Assembly: GCF_001194135.2 (NCBI RefSeq)
Contig: NC_069002.1
Location: 17,502,831 to 17,554,662, forward strand
Reading direction: 5' to 3'
DNA length: 51,832 nucleotides
Source: Octopus bimaculoides
Taxonomy: Eukaryota
Shown: positions 23,120 through 35,917 of the stretch, one piece after another
Layout: each line of letters begins with the position of its first letter
Numbering within the stretch: position 1 is the first letter of the stretch
Translations under genes and position numbers: made by a program
Notes under the pieces: model-generated
Databases searched by the model: none
Seen by the model: the letters and a program-made list of their open reading frames with translations, nothing else
What the model was told of the DNA's origin: nothing

Positions 23120-24357
23120 CAAGGGTCAGCTAAAAAATTCACAGGTTGACCAAATATTCTCTCATGGAATGTCAGCAAATGAGGTTTATTTTTCAACATA
23201 AACACCCATGTGGTCCACATACGTCTTCCATCGGTGTTGCAGTGCTTCAATCCTGTTGGTAAAAACAAGTCATCGACAGCAGATATGACGTCATCATCAC
23301 TGCATTATTGGTTCCCAACAAAGTGTTTTTTCATGGTGGGGAACAAATGATAGTCAGATGGGGGCCAAATCAGGAGAATAGGGAGGATAGTAAACCAGTT
23401 TAAAGTCACAGCCATGCACAGGAGCCATTGATGCCAAGGACTCGTGTACTGGAGCATTGTCCTGATGAAACAAGACCCCATTCATCAGTTTCTTGGGTAT
23501 TTGGTCTTGATAGTCTTTCCTAACTGCCTCAGCACATTGACATAGTACTCTCCATTGATGGTGTGACCCTTTTGAAGACAGTCAATAAACTCAATGCCAT
23601 TTGCATCCCAAAAAACTGAAGTCATCATCTTCCTTGTAGATGAAACGACCTTATCTTTCTTTGGAGCAGGTGAGGAGGGGTGTTTCTACTGCATGGATTA
23701 TCTCTTTGTTTCTGGCTCAAAGTGATGAACCCAACACTCATCCTGGCTGAGGAAATGCCAAAGGAAACCAGCTGGATCTGCCTTAAACAATGTCAGATTT
23801 TTCTGTGATGTGATCTGCCTGGTGTGCTTTTGATCAGGTGTCAGAAACTTTTGTCATGCCAAGTACTTTGTGCAGAATATTCTCAACCTTGTCACGGGAT
23901 ATGCAAACAGCCTTGGCTATTGGATTTAGAGTCAATTGTCTGTCATGCATCAACATGTGGTAAACACGATCAATGTTTTCCTTCATGATGGCAGTTGCAG
24001 GACATCCACACATTGGGTCATCTTCAAGGCTCTCTCTTCCCCTCCTAATTTCAGCTGCCTACTTTTTCACTGTTCATAAAACTAGAGTATCATCCCCTAA
24101 TGTAGCAACCAAGTCAGCATGAATGTCCTTGGGGACTAAACCTTTTTTCTGCAGGTACTTGATAACATCACAATGCCAAATTTTGTCCATTTTCAAGAGA
24201 AGTCACTACCAGTTACTTTTGAAGTCTTCTTTTAACAGTCAGATGTCAGTTTACCTGGACAGAAACAATGCAGTTATTTACAAGAAGGGTTGAAATTAAT
24301 GCAAAATTTCACAACTCTAGCATTATTCCCTCATAGGCAGCCTATGAACCTTTCAGC
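23120..24357 (-). mobile_element. Near full-length decayed mariner (DD34D)
   Basis: TIR caagggtcagctaaaaaattcacagg after TA and a truncated partner cagcctatgaacctttcagc; minus-strand DECWVHHFEPETK, FHQDNAPVH, PPYSPDLAP-SDYHLFP. Confidence 0.85.
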
Positions 24358-24857
24358 ATAAGCAAGAGTGATGAAAGAACTATTTACTACCCCCACCCAA
24401 CACCATCATCATCATCAACAAGAAAGTTCTTTACTTATCAACAGAAAACCCCTATTGTTTAATGCCTGTATGAGAGATAGACAGATCGCTAAATAGAGAT
24501 ATGTCCATAATATCACAGAAGTAAAAAGAGAAAGAGATTGCACAACTAGAAAGCTCTCTATGAAAATTTCTGTGCATGGCTGTGTGTGTGTGTGTTTAAA
24601 TGTGTGTCTCCTTAATTTAACTTTGCACAATTGTAAATTATAAAACAAATACCAACATCAGAGAAAGTGATGCTGTTTACAAATTTTCTGTGAAAACAAT
24701 GTCTGGCTATTTTGCTGCTTGTTTTTGGAGGTCTAGAGAAAGTATTTTGTTATTGTCTTTAGTCTCATTTAACAAACTGATTGATTATGTTTCAAAATAA
24801 TCTTGACTGAACCCCATTGGCTAAAACCTAATTAAGATTATTACAAAATTGTTATCA

Positions 24858-25075
24858 TCATCATCATCATTTAATGTCCCTTTTTCCATTCTAGCATGGG
24901 TTGGATGGTTTGGCAAGAACAGATTAGCTAGACGGTTCCTCCAAGTTCTATGTCTGCTTATGTGGGGTTTATACAGCTGGATGCACTTCTTAATGCCAAC
25001 CACTCAACAGAGTGTAGTGGGTCCTTTTTACATGGCACTAGCACTGGTGAGGTCTCCAAGTACCCGCAAGATAAG
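24858..25075 (-). mobile_element. SINE family C
   Basis: catcatcatcatttaatgtccctttttccattctagcatggg...ggatgcacttcttaatgccaacc. Confidence 0.75.
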
Positions 25076-25129
25076 ACCAACTGAACTGGGTATAGGCTGG
25101 AGAAATAAACTATGACAGAGGGAGAGGGG

Positions 25130-25484
25130 CAGGTGCTCTGCTCACTTGTTAGTTTCTTACCAAAATCACCATGGTATCACTTCTGCACCCACCCTACTCG
25201 TCAGATTTAGCACCTGCAGACTTCCATGTCTTCCCCAAGATGAAAATGCAGTTCAAAGGTTGCCATTTTAGCACTGTTGTTGAGATCCAGAGCGAATCAC
25301 AGAACGTACTCGACTCATTTACAGTAAACATCTTCTAGGCTGGATTCCAAAAGTGGCAGGAACGTTGGGACTGGTGTATTGCTGCTCAAGGTGACTATTT
25401 CAAAGAAGATTATGTTACAACTTAGGTAAGTAAGTTATTTTTTATTAAACATAATTAGTCCAGGAACTTCTTGATAATACCTTG
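25130..25484 (+). mobile_element. Mariner 3' end (C-terminal transposase and right TIR)
   Basis: LLHPPYSSDLAPADFHVFPKMK...FQKWQERWDWCIAAQGDYF; TIR aattagtccaggaacttcttgataataccttg + TA. Confidence 0.85.
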
Positions 25485-25486
25485 TA

Positions 25487-26200
25487 CATGCACACTATCA
25501 TTGCACATCCATCATAGCATACTTGTTTCATTTCTTTCAAGTCTTCGCAAGTCCTCTGCATTCATAATCCAACTTTCACACCCATGTAGCATTGCTGTTC
25601 ATATAAAGGCATCATACAATCTTTTTTTTTTTTTCTGAGAGAGAGAGGCCTTTTGTTATCAATGGAGGTAAAAGTTCTCCAAAATTTTTCCAGCCAGTTC
25701 ATATTCTAGCAACTACACTTTCTGTGGTATGAGGGAACTGTAATACAGGGATTAAAATATGGTTCACCTACCTCTCGTTGTTAGCTGTCCAGCTGTTTCA
25801 CCTAATGTTAGCAGCTGCTACTACCAATGCCGCTAGCTCGCTCCACTAATGTCTGTTCATCTCGACTGCCCCAGGCTGACCTCGGTCTTGTTTCTTTCAC
25901 TTCCTCTCTCCTCCTTCCTGTTCTCGTGGGACCCCTTGACCATTGACATCACAGCCCTTTCCTTCCAGCTCATCTCATCCCAACACGTTCACAGCATCCT
26001 CCTCCACCTCTATTTAAGTCACTTACATCAAAGAAACTGTCTACTTCTTCTAGGGACCCTCCTGGGCATTTCAGAACATCTATTTCCTGCGTGCTCCTAT
26101 TATTTATTGCTCCTGCTCACCTGCCACAAACAAATTCAATTTTCTCTGTCAACCTTCCTTTGATTCTGCTGCAACTGTCATGTGCCCATAGTTTGCACTG
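25487..26200 (-). mobile_element. RTE-clade LINE fragment
   Basis: Minus strand RLYDAFI*TAMLHGCESWIMNAEDLRRLERNETSML*WMC and a LEEVDSF-like region. Confidence 0.7.
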
Positions 26201-27539
26201 ACCCCACACTTATGGAATTTCTATCTACATCTTGTCTACATATAGAACAGGGCTATTTACTCAACGGGATTAGTGTTCTGTTTGTTCTCCTGCTAATTAG
26301 AATTTTAGTCTTTGCCAAGTTAACTTTAAGACCCTTGGAATTTTAATTCTAATTCATCTACACTTTCAGTTATAATAACAAGGTCATTAGCATAGAGGAG
26401 TTCTTATTGATAACCAGTCTTAAATTCCTCTGTTATGGCCTGGAGGACTATGATAAAATAAAAGGGGACTCATAACCAAACCCTTATGGACTCCTACCTG
26501 CACACTAAATTCACTCTTGTACTTGTTAACTCTCACTTTGCTAAAGGTACCCCTGTACCTGGCTTGAATGGCTCTCACTAGCCAGTCATCTATTCCTAGC
26601 TTTCACATCAACCATCAGCACCAGATGAGGGATCAAGGTACCTTGTCAAAGGCTTTCTCTAGGAATAGTGGTTCACTTTCTGCTAAATACTTCTCCAATA
26701 TGAAACCAAACTGCATCTTGTCTAGGTCAATCCTCTTTCTAATTAACTGGTCCAGTAATTTGATATCTCTGTAATTACTTCTTTCTGAGGCATCCTATTT
26801 ATGTTTGTAATAGTTGACTATCATGCTGCTACACTAATCACTGGGTATGGTCCCTTCCAAACCTCTTCTTTTCTGCCTCTCCCCTTGCTAAATAGACCTA
26901 CCTTCCAGCTTCTAGCTACCTGGTAAAGTTCTCTGCTGGCCCCATTCTTGCAAACCTTCCAGGGCTGCCTCTTCACTTTTATTGTTCTGTCTACTTCATT
27001 GTTCCACCTCTACACCACCTTTAGTCTGGCTAGAAATTTGCACATACCACGAATTTGGTCTGTAAAAATATATTCTGAATATTTTTACCAACATAACACA
27101 ACACCCAAAAGTTCTTTTCTAGTTCTGGTCATTTTTTGTTTCTTGAAATTAGTATCATCTTCCCATGGTGCATGATGCAGTGGATAGAACAGGATAACAA
27201 AAAATAAAATGCCAACAGACAACATTAACTATACATCAACTGAAGGGTTGAAAAAAATATTGGTGGAACTTAAAAATTAAATCCAACATCAATTTAAAAC
27301 TGCTGCCACAAGCACCACCACCATCATCTTCAACAACATCATGTTCCATCACTGTAGTTCATCATCTAGTGATGCAATGATATAATGTTCATGAAAGAAA
27401 TGTTTATGAAATATCTAAGGAAAGTTAAAACTCAAAAAAAGAGAGACAAAAATAATAAAGTTTATAATATATAGTAATGTTTAATTGCTAGTAATAACAG
27501 TTAGAAAAAAATAAAATAAAATAATGGGATTTTGTTAAT

Positions 27540-27818
27540 TCAATGCCGCTTTAAGAAGGCTTTTAGAAAAATGTTGTAATCAATGTTTCCATGGAAATCT
27601 TTATCGTAGTATGTAACAATGCTATAGAATTCATCTTCTGTCAGATTGATGTTGTAATTTCGAAGAATCTGTCTGAAACTTTTAATATCAGTAAAACCAG
27701 TCTTCTGAGAATCGACCTTTAAAAAGTTCCTTCGCATGGTCTTCCAATGCTTTATTACACATGGGTAAATTCTCAACATTGCCTGTGACAGTCCACTAAC
27801 TAATGGCCCTGGAGCAAA
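27540..27818 (-). CDS. EFCAB6: EFCAB6-like protein, terminal coding exon (two EF-hands)
   Basis: tatatttttcag acceptor, phase 0; FAPGPLVSGLSQAMLRIYPCVIKHWKTMRRNFLKVDSQKTG...NINLTEDEFYSIVTYYDKDFHGNIDYNIFLKAFLKRH*, matching the EFCAB6 C-terminus as recalled (W..MRR.F; INL.E.EFF....YYDK....I.YNDFL.AFL). Possible ATTAAA signal at 27485-27480. Confidence 0.9.
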   Translation of the reverse strand, partial: FAPGPLVSGLSQAMLRIYPCVIKHWKTMRRNFLKVDSQKTGFTDIKSFRQILRNYNINLTEDEFYSIVTYYDKDFHGNIDYNIFLKAFLKRH

Positions 27819-28289
27819 CTGAAAAATATAACGACTAGCGATAATTTAGGAAACAAAATTGGAAATATATTGAGTCAGAGATAATTTATGAAGCAAAATT
27901 AAAAAAAAAAAAAAAATGACCAGTGACAATTTAAAAGAAAATTAACAAAGAAATAGATAATACCAATTATGCATTTATATCAGACAATACATGTTTTTTT
28001 TTCTTTCTGTGACATAAGCTGAAGAAATAATCTAAATTCAAAATTTTCAAACTATGAAGTAAAAGTGTCTACAACCAGAGACCAAAACTGAATTGCAGAT
28101 TTGTCTCTGTTCTATCAGACTTTATCCCTTTCTCTCTCTCTCTGGCTGGGTAACCATATACCTCCTTTATAGCAAAACACCTGTTTCTGTCTCTCTGTCT
28201 CATTATAACCTTTCATCATCTGACACAAGGTCATCTCCTCCAACGCCCCCTCCCCTCTCAAAAATTTTTTGTCTTGCCAGTTACTTGGT

Positions 28290-28770
28290 AGGCCCGCCGA
28301 TGCTGATGCCACTTAAAAAGCATCCTGTCCACACTGTGAAGTGGTTGACATTTGTAAAAACCATGCCAAAACTGACCTCACTTATGCTTGTGCCACATAA
28401 ACAGCACTCAGTCCACTCTGTGAGATGGTTGGTGTTAGGAAGGGCATCCAACCATAAAAACCATGCTAAAGCAGACACAGTAGCCTGGGGTAGTCTTCTA
28501 CCTGGCCGGCTCCTGTCAAACTGTCTAACCCATGCCAGCATGGAAGGTGGATGTTAAACAATGATGATGATGATGACAATGAATATGACAAAGCGGAAAA
28601 CTGGGAGAATCGTTAGCATGCCTGGTGAAATGCTTAATGGTATTTTAGCTGTCTTTATATTCTAAGTTCAAATTCTGCTAAGATCAACTTTGCCTTTCAT
28701 CTTTTTTTGGGGGTTGATAAAACAAGCACCAGTTGAGCACTGGGGTTGATGTAATCAACTTTACTCCTGG
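28290..28770 (+). mobile_element. SINE family C followed by SINE family B
   Basis: ggttggtgttaggaagggcatcc...atgatgatgat, then gcagaatcgtt-like head and tttgcctttcatc core. Confidence 0.75.
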
Positions 28771-29207
28771 GTATCAGTATAAAAACTATCCAGTGACAAT
28801 ATGGGTGGCAGGCTCAGGAATGTGGGAGTGCCATGATCTCAAGCGCAAGCAAATGATCCCAAAAATGTTCAATGCCATTCCCTGTATATCTGGTTTTATA
28901 TCGAGAGTGATCTGCTAGAGACTTGCTTTAGCAGAAGCTAAGGGGTGCCTCACTCCCAGTGGTCTTCCAGTATGCTGGACACCAGCCTGGAATATCTGAG
29001 GGCTCCTGCTACAGCCAGATAGTTGTTGAACTTATACTAGGTTCATCCATCCTTTCAACAGGTCTTGTTTGCAGTCCTGCTGAGTTTCTAGCATCCCTCC
29101 TCATCAGGCAACCCTAGTTGAGGATAACAGTGTTTAGTTGCCAACAACCCAACCAGGCAACAGGGTGTACTGGATTCCATGTTACCAGTGAGAGAGCTCA
29201 CAAGTGA

Positions 29208-29212
<5 letters not shown>

Positions 29213-29276
<64 letters not shown>

Positions 29277-29286
29277 TTCTCTCTCT
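29213..29286. repeat. (CT)n microsatellite
   Basis: Direct reading. Confidence 0.9.
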
Positions 29287-29535
29287 CACACGCACACAGA
29301 GGCAATTATACAGATAAACAAATGAGACACATCAAATATATTAAATACATATTTGATGAGTCTAATTTGTTTATCTGCATAACTGCTTCTATACCCGCTC
29401 AACATGATCTCTCCTATAGCCTCTTTTTACCTTGTGGAATTGATTCCCTGCAAAGACAGTGGAGTCTAAGTTTGAATCTCATAAGCACTATTAAGTGTCT
29501 TCTATATTGAGAATCTCTGGATCTCATTTGTGAAC

Positions 29536-29568
<33 letters not shown>

Positions 29569-29569
29569 A

Positions 29570-29810
29570 TCTGTAAAAATATGTGACACTTATTCAGTAG
29601 CCATGATAAAACTCCGAGTTTCAGATGCCGGGGTGGGAGCCCACGCCAACATCTCTTCAGTTATCCGGCCATTGAAAATTCCTGTGAAAAATGACCGTTA
29701 AAAACAAAGGGAAATTACTGTGTAGTGACAAGGTCAAAACGCATCAAAATGGCATCCGAAACTCAGAGTTTTATCATGGCTACTGAATAAGTGTCACATA
29801 TTTTTACAGA
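29570..29810. mobile_element. MITE with 60-bp TIRs inside a (TA)n tract
   Basis: TIRs 29570-29629 and 29751-29810 differ at 2 positions; TA flanks. Confidence 0.85.
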
Positions 29811-29868
29811 TAAATTCCTCTATTTGCATAATATCGAGGTCTCTTTCTTTCTTTTGTTGTCCTTCCTG

Positions 29869-29929
<61 letters not shown>

Positions 29930-30369
29930 AAGCGATATAAGTCCACTCTGTAGAGTGGTTGGTGTCAGGAAGGGGATCTAGCTGTAAAAACCCTACCAAA
30001 ACAGACACTGTAGCCTGGGGTAGTCTTTTGCCTCGCTGGTTCCTGTCAAGTGGCCTACCCATATATGCATGGAAGACAGATGTTAAGCAATGATGATATA
30101 CATATTATGAAATACATATGCACTTGTGCACAAATTGTAAACAAAAACTTCAGCAGTTGATAGTTGGCATCAGGAAATTCTGCCTCACTGTAGACTTGTC
30201 TAACCCATGCTACCTTTATTGGTACAAACTCAGTAAGTAAGCACCAATAAATAATGGAGTTGATTCAGAAGAACTAACAATATGAAAACTGATCATGTGC
30301 AATGTGAAAACAAATCAATACAATCAATATAACAAAATAAACCATTTAATAAATGGACCAGCTACATAC

Positions 30370-30560
30370 CTTATCCATGTTACTATCGTCAAGGACTTTT
30401 CTATCAGGTAATACTGGTTTGGTGGAAGTTTTTAAATCCAGCATGAAATAGCGAATCATTTCTCTGTATGCCATTGTGTCATTACCCTTTACATCAAATT
30501 TATTGGCTAAAGTATTGAATTCATCATTTGCAATCGATTTCCCATATGTGAGCAAGATAT
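30370..30560 (-). CDS. EFCAB6: EFCAB6-like internal exon (191 nt)
   Basis: tgtgctttag acceptor, AAG|GTATGT donor; (D)ILLTYGKSIANDEFNTLANKFDVKGNDTMAYREMIRYF...MDK; phase 1 in and phase 0 out, fitting both neighbours. Confidence 0.85.
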
Positions 30561-31021
30561 CTAAAGCACAGAAGAAAGCAAAATAAAAAAGAACAATAAA
30601 TTATAAAAAATAATTCCAAAGAATTTTAATTGCAATGACAATCAACTTATTGCTGCAGTTGTAGTTGGAAGTTTTGATGAAGAAAATATATGATCAGAGA
30701 CACTCCATCCATGACCTCTTATCACTTTGAGGGTATCTAGGACAACATAATTTATTTCTTGCAATAGTTTGATGTGATCGAAGGGAGATTTGGCTGCTAT
30801 GTCTAAAAAGACAATTGATTATAAAAAAGCTACGGCATTAGTTCATTGCCTTACACTGCTTCAAGCCATTAACTTTGGATGAAGTTGTAGGGATGCCATT
30901 GTGAAATGCACCATGTTTTGGACATCTAAACCTGGCAGAGTCCATCCTTCCCTAGGTCTGGCCACAGCTGATTTCTAAGATAGAGAGGGGAAGTGAAAGA
31001 GAATGGTGGGGGAGACAGAGA

Positions 31022-31076
31022 GAGAGAACTGATCTTGTACAGGATTGAGAGAACTGATCTTGTACAGGATTGAGAG
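31022..31076 (+). repeat. Perfect 25-bp tandem duplication
   Basis: gagagaactgatcttgtacaggatt x2 plus gagag. Confidence 0.9.
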
Positions 31077-31530
31077 TTCATTTAGTGTAGGTAAGAAGTT
31101 TGCTTCTCAACCATGTGGTTTCAGGTTCAGTTTCATGGTGCAGTACCTGAGGCAAGTGTTTTTTTCACTATAGCCCAGGAGCTAACCAAAGCTTTGTGAG
31201 TAGATTTAGTGGACAGAAACTGAAAGAAACCTTTGATATATTGTGTGTGCTTGTGTGTGCATGTGAGTGTATGCATTGTGCTGCCCAGACATCACACAAC
31301 AGTTGCAAACTTGAGTCACTGTCATACGAGTGATATTGTTCCTTTCGAGTCTTCAATGAAAAACATGTCTGAGCGTCAGGAAATATTACCTTGCTTGGAA
31401 ACAGGTATGGGTTCGTGACAGGAAGGGTATCCAGTCATAAAAAATGTGCCACAATAAATTTAGTCTAACCCATAAAAGTATTGAAAAGTAGACATTAAAA
31501 CAATACTAATGATGATGAGGCAAAGTTGAC

Positions 31531-31562
<32 letters not shown>

Positions 31563-31934
31563 TTCGCATGCATATATGAATGGATTCCATACCGTTTCAC
31601 AGATGAAATACCGTTCACAAGTCAGAGCTGTAATAAGAAGGCATTTGTCTGCATTAGGATGTTATTGTGCCATTATTTAGTTGGTAAAAGCAGCAGAGCA
31701 CTGAACAAAATATCTTATGCTCTCATGTTTCTAGATTATCTGTTCAAATCCAAGCAGAGGTATCTTTGACTTACATTTTTTCGATACAATCAATGACAGT
31801 AATCGATTCAATTATGATCTCACGCACACACACCGTACCACATCACTTCACCTCAATACCTTCTCTTATCAAAAGGTGCCATTGTGTCCTGGTAAAAGCA
31901 ACATTCAAATATTAATAATTAGAGAAATTGGTTT

Positions 31935-32150
31935 AAGGTGGAAAGCTGGCAGAATCATTAGCGTGTCAGGCAAAATGCTTAGCAGCAGTTTGTCCATCTT
32001 TACATTCTGAGGTCAATTTCATCGAGGTCCACTTTGCCTTTCATCCTTTCAGGATCAATAAAATAATTACCAAGTTGAATACTGGAGTTGATTTAATCAG
32101 CTTATCTCCTCCTTTGAAACTGCAGGCCTTGTGGCAAAATGTGAAATCAA
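31935..32150 (+). mobile_element. SINE family B
   Basis: gctggcagaatcattagc...actttgcctttcatcctttcaggatcaataaa. Confidence 0.75.
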
Positions 32151-33084
32151 CAATTAGAGAAGTGGGTAACAGGTAGTTTAACAAGCCAGGCTTGATGCAT
32201 CACAGGTTTTAGTGAGACCACAATATTCTGGGATCAAATCCTGCCAGAACAGATTATACTTTTACCACAATGATAAATAACAATTATTATTATTCAAATG
32301 CGTCATCTAACATCTGCCTCAACAAAATTTTTCACAATTTGTTAAAAAAAAAAGATTAAAATGGAAATTTCCGTTCATTTTTACATTCATTTTCTCCTTT
32401 TTTTTTTTTTTAAATAATGAATTTTTCACATCTGAACATATGTTTGTTGAAGTTTTTAAATTTTTGTTTGTTTCTTTTCTTTTCTTTTTCTTTTTTGATA
32501 GCTGGATAAGTTGATATATTTAATCAGGCAAAGAATTTTCAAGTCAGAAAGTCCAAAACAAAATAGAGTTATGTACCTTGGCCCATGGAGTACGGCAAAA
32601 TGGTTAGCAACTAGGTTTTAATTTATAATAGAAGTTATACTAATTCAGTGAGTAGACCAGACCATCACCTATCTTGGCTATTCATGGGTATAACATACAC
32701 ACACACAAACGAATAAATATGGAAATGATTACAAGAGTTTTCTGCTGTTAATGATGGTGACAGTGACAGCAGTATTGGTATGATGATGACAACAATAATA
32801 ACAATGATGACAATAGCAAAGAGTAGGAGTTATGTTTGATGGTCTGGAAATTCCTAAACTGTAATCTCCCATACTGCTGAAGAATATGAGAGAGAGAGGT
32901 GGGGGAGAGTCATGAAAGATTTAAATGACAATTTAGCCTTGTGGTTCTCATGCATTCTTCACCCTTTGATTACTATTTTACTCACCTGAACCCCTATTGC
33001 CATTTTATGTTTGTTTTTTTTTTAAAGTTTATTTTTATAATTTAACATTATTAAGAATTTTTATCATTATCTTTTTTTTTTTTT

Positions 33085-33276
33085 ATCTATTACTTGTTTC
33101 AGTCATTAGACTGTGGCTATGCTGGGGCACCACCTTGAAGAAATTTTAGTCAGATGAATTGATACCAGTACCTATTTTTTTTAAAGCCTGGTACTTATTC
33201 TATTGGTACAAGGATGTAAGGTCACCAACACTGGTTGTCAAGCGGAGTGGGGGGGGGGACAAACACAGATATAAAT

Positions 33277-33315
<39 letters not shown>

Positions 33316-33949
33316 NNNNNNNNNNNNNNNNNNNNNNNNNNNNNNNNNNNNNNNNNNNNNNNNNNNNNNNNNNNNNNNNNNNNNNNNNNNNNNNNNNNNN
33401 NNNNNNNNNNNNNNNNNNNNNNNNNNNNNNNNNNNNNNNNNNNNNNNNNNNNNNNNNNNNNNNNNNNNNNNNNNNNNNNNNNNNNNNNNNNNNNNNNNNN
33501 NNNNNNNNNNNNNNNNNNNNNNNNNNNNNNNNNNNNNNNNNNNNNNNNNNNNNNNNNNNNNNNNNNNNNNNNNNNNNNNNNNNNNNNNNNNNNNNNNNNN
33601 NNNNNNNNNNNNNNNNNNNNNNNNNNNNNNNNNNNNNNNNNNNNNNNNNNNNNNNNNNNNNNNNNNNNNNNNNNNNNNNNNNNNNNNNNNNNNNNNNNNN
33701 NNNNNNNNNNNNNNNNNNNNNNNNNNNNNNNNNNNNNNNNNNNNNNNNNNNNNNNNNNNNNNNNNNNNNNNNNNNNNNNNNNNNNNNNNNNNNNNNNNNN
33801 NNNNNNNNNNNNNNNNNNNNNNNNNNNNNNNNNNNNNNNNNNNNNNNNNNNNNNNNNNNNNNNNNNNNNNNNNNNNNNNNNNNNNNNNNNNNNNNNNNNN
33901 NNNNNNNNNNNNNNNNNNNNNATATATATATGTCTGTATGTATGTATGC

Positions 33950-33983
<34 letters not shown>

Positions 33984-34185
33984 GTCTGTATGTATGCATG
34001 TGTGTGTATATATATATATATATGACAGGCTTCTCTCAGTTTCCATCTACCAAATCCACTCAGAAGGCTTTGGTTAGTCAGAGGCTATGGCAGAAGACAT
34101 TTCTCCAATGTGCCATGCAGTGACATTGAAACCAGGGCCATGTAATTGGGAAGCAAACTTCTTACCACACAGCCATGCCTGCACC
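33085..34185 (-). mobile_element. SINE family A spanning an assembly gap
   Basis: Reverse tail before the gap and reverse head after it; the gap falls in its internal microsatellite. Confidence 0.7.
33316..33921. other. Assembly gap (N run)
   Basis: N characters; the overlapping X-containing ORFs are artefacts. Confidence 1.
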
Positions 34186-34294
34186 TATATATGTATACAT
34201 GTATGTATATTTGAATATGCATGTGTGTATTAGTTCAATAAATTATTTCTGTGCATGGTTTCCATGTTCCACATCGAATTTTCATTTATGTATA

Positions 34295-34333
<39 letters not shown>

Positions 34334-34998
34334 CACACACACACACATTATGCGTACATACACGCACATTAATACATACACATATACATTCAAACAAACA
34401 TAATTGAAAACTTTAGATGTCTGAAATTATCTCCCTTTACACATACTTTTTAGTTTGAGAGAAATTAGGTTTGCTAGGTTCTTTCTTGAACTTTAGTATA
34501 AAGATTTGGCAATACTATTTACATGAGGCCTCTGTAACAGAGGGCAAACAACTGAAGCCACCAGCAGATGAGAAGTCAGTAGTTCAAATCATGAGATTGG
34601 CACTAACTAACATACTTTACTCTTTAAAACAGCCAGGTTCACCTAGCTTGCAATGCTAAGTACAAATCCTTTTCTGAATGTAGCTTAGAGAGCGGTGGGA
34701 TCTATCAAACCTGTCAAACTAATCTGTCCAAGGACACTAGTAATGATGTGGTGTGTGTTGGCAAGTAATGAAGAGAAAATGTTTGTAAATAAAACAAAAT
34801 ATTTTACAATGAACAAGAGGATCAGAGAGAGAGGGAGAGAGAGAGAGAGAGAGTTTCAGTTAATTAAGGTTGAATTTTTGGTAAATTTTGAGAAGTATAC
34901 ACCCACATGCATTTCAATAAGAAAAAAAAAAAAAGACTTTGGATTTTTTGTGTGGAGTCAAGTATCCTCATCTCTTAATGTGCTGTAAAACCCTTATT

Positions 34999-35340
34999 NN
35001 NNNNNNNNNNNNNNNNNNNNNNNNNNNNNNNNNNNNNNNNNNNNNNNNNNNNNNNNNNNNNNNNNNNNNNNNNNNNNNNNNNNNNNNNNNNNNNNNNNNN
35101 NNNNNNNNNNNNNNNNNNNNNNNNNNNNNNNNNNNNNNNNNNNNNNNNNNNNNNNNNNNNNNNNNNNNNNNNNNNNNNNNNNNNNNNNNNNNNNNNNNNN
35201 NNNNNNNNNNNNNNNNNNNNNNNNNNNNNNNNNNNNNNNNNNNNNNNNNNNNNNNNNNNNNNNNNNNNNNNNNNNNNNNNNNNNNNNNNNNNNNNNNNNN
35301 NNNNNNNNNNNNNNNNNNNNNNNNNNNNNNNNNNNNNNNN
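34999..35340. other. Assembly gap (N run)
   Basis: N characters. Confidence 1.
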
Positions 35341-35917
35341 AAGCAAGTTTGAAAAGAATAAGTGAAAATGCTGAAGTGATACAAATTAGTGGTAATGAAG
35401 CCTGAGCAGGAGAGAAGAAGAAGGATACAAAATTCTTCTAAAAAAAAAACATTAATGTTTGCGTCTGTGTATGTGAAACAAGTAAAAGTATATTAAAACA
35501 AAATATCTTTTTCATACCTCTTGAAATCACTGGATTTATTAATCCCAGATTGCAGAATAGATTTGAAATGGTATTGCGTGTTTTAGAAAAAAAAAAAAAA
35601 AAACGAAATCACTTTCCCTTTGTTTGCAGTTTTCGGCGCTGAAAGTTTAATCAGGTAATGTCAATCAGCTGAGTGGCCCTTCCCTGGATATAGCCAGGGT
35701 TGTCTGTGAATATAGCAGTAGCCCCCATCCCAGATGTGGGAACAGCACTCCATTGTGGATGACACTTAAGCTTTATAAGAGTGTCAGCAACTCTTGGGAG
35801 ATGAAATATCTTCTGAGTGATTGATCCTTTTAAGAACCTGCCTCAGCCTATTGGACATTTGTTTGCTGGCAATCCATTGGTTACAATGATGAGGGTCCTA
35901 GTTGATCCAAAATTAAT

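Noticed and set aside
11790-25484. Matching mariner left TIR (11790) and right TIR (25484) as ends of one 13.7-kb composite element enclosing the promoter
   Set aside because: The right TIR sits in an RTE fragment, but the sequence left of 11790 does not continue that RTE, so the flanks are not one target site; independent fragments are more likely.
28093-28557. 154-aa ORF
   Set aside because: It is made of CT-rich low-complexity sequence plus a SINE C copy.
33159-35384. Long ORFs of 123-288 aa in the track
   Set aside because: They consist of N-gap (X) and microsatellite sequence.
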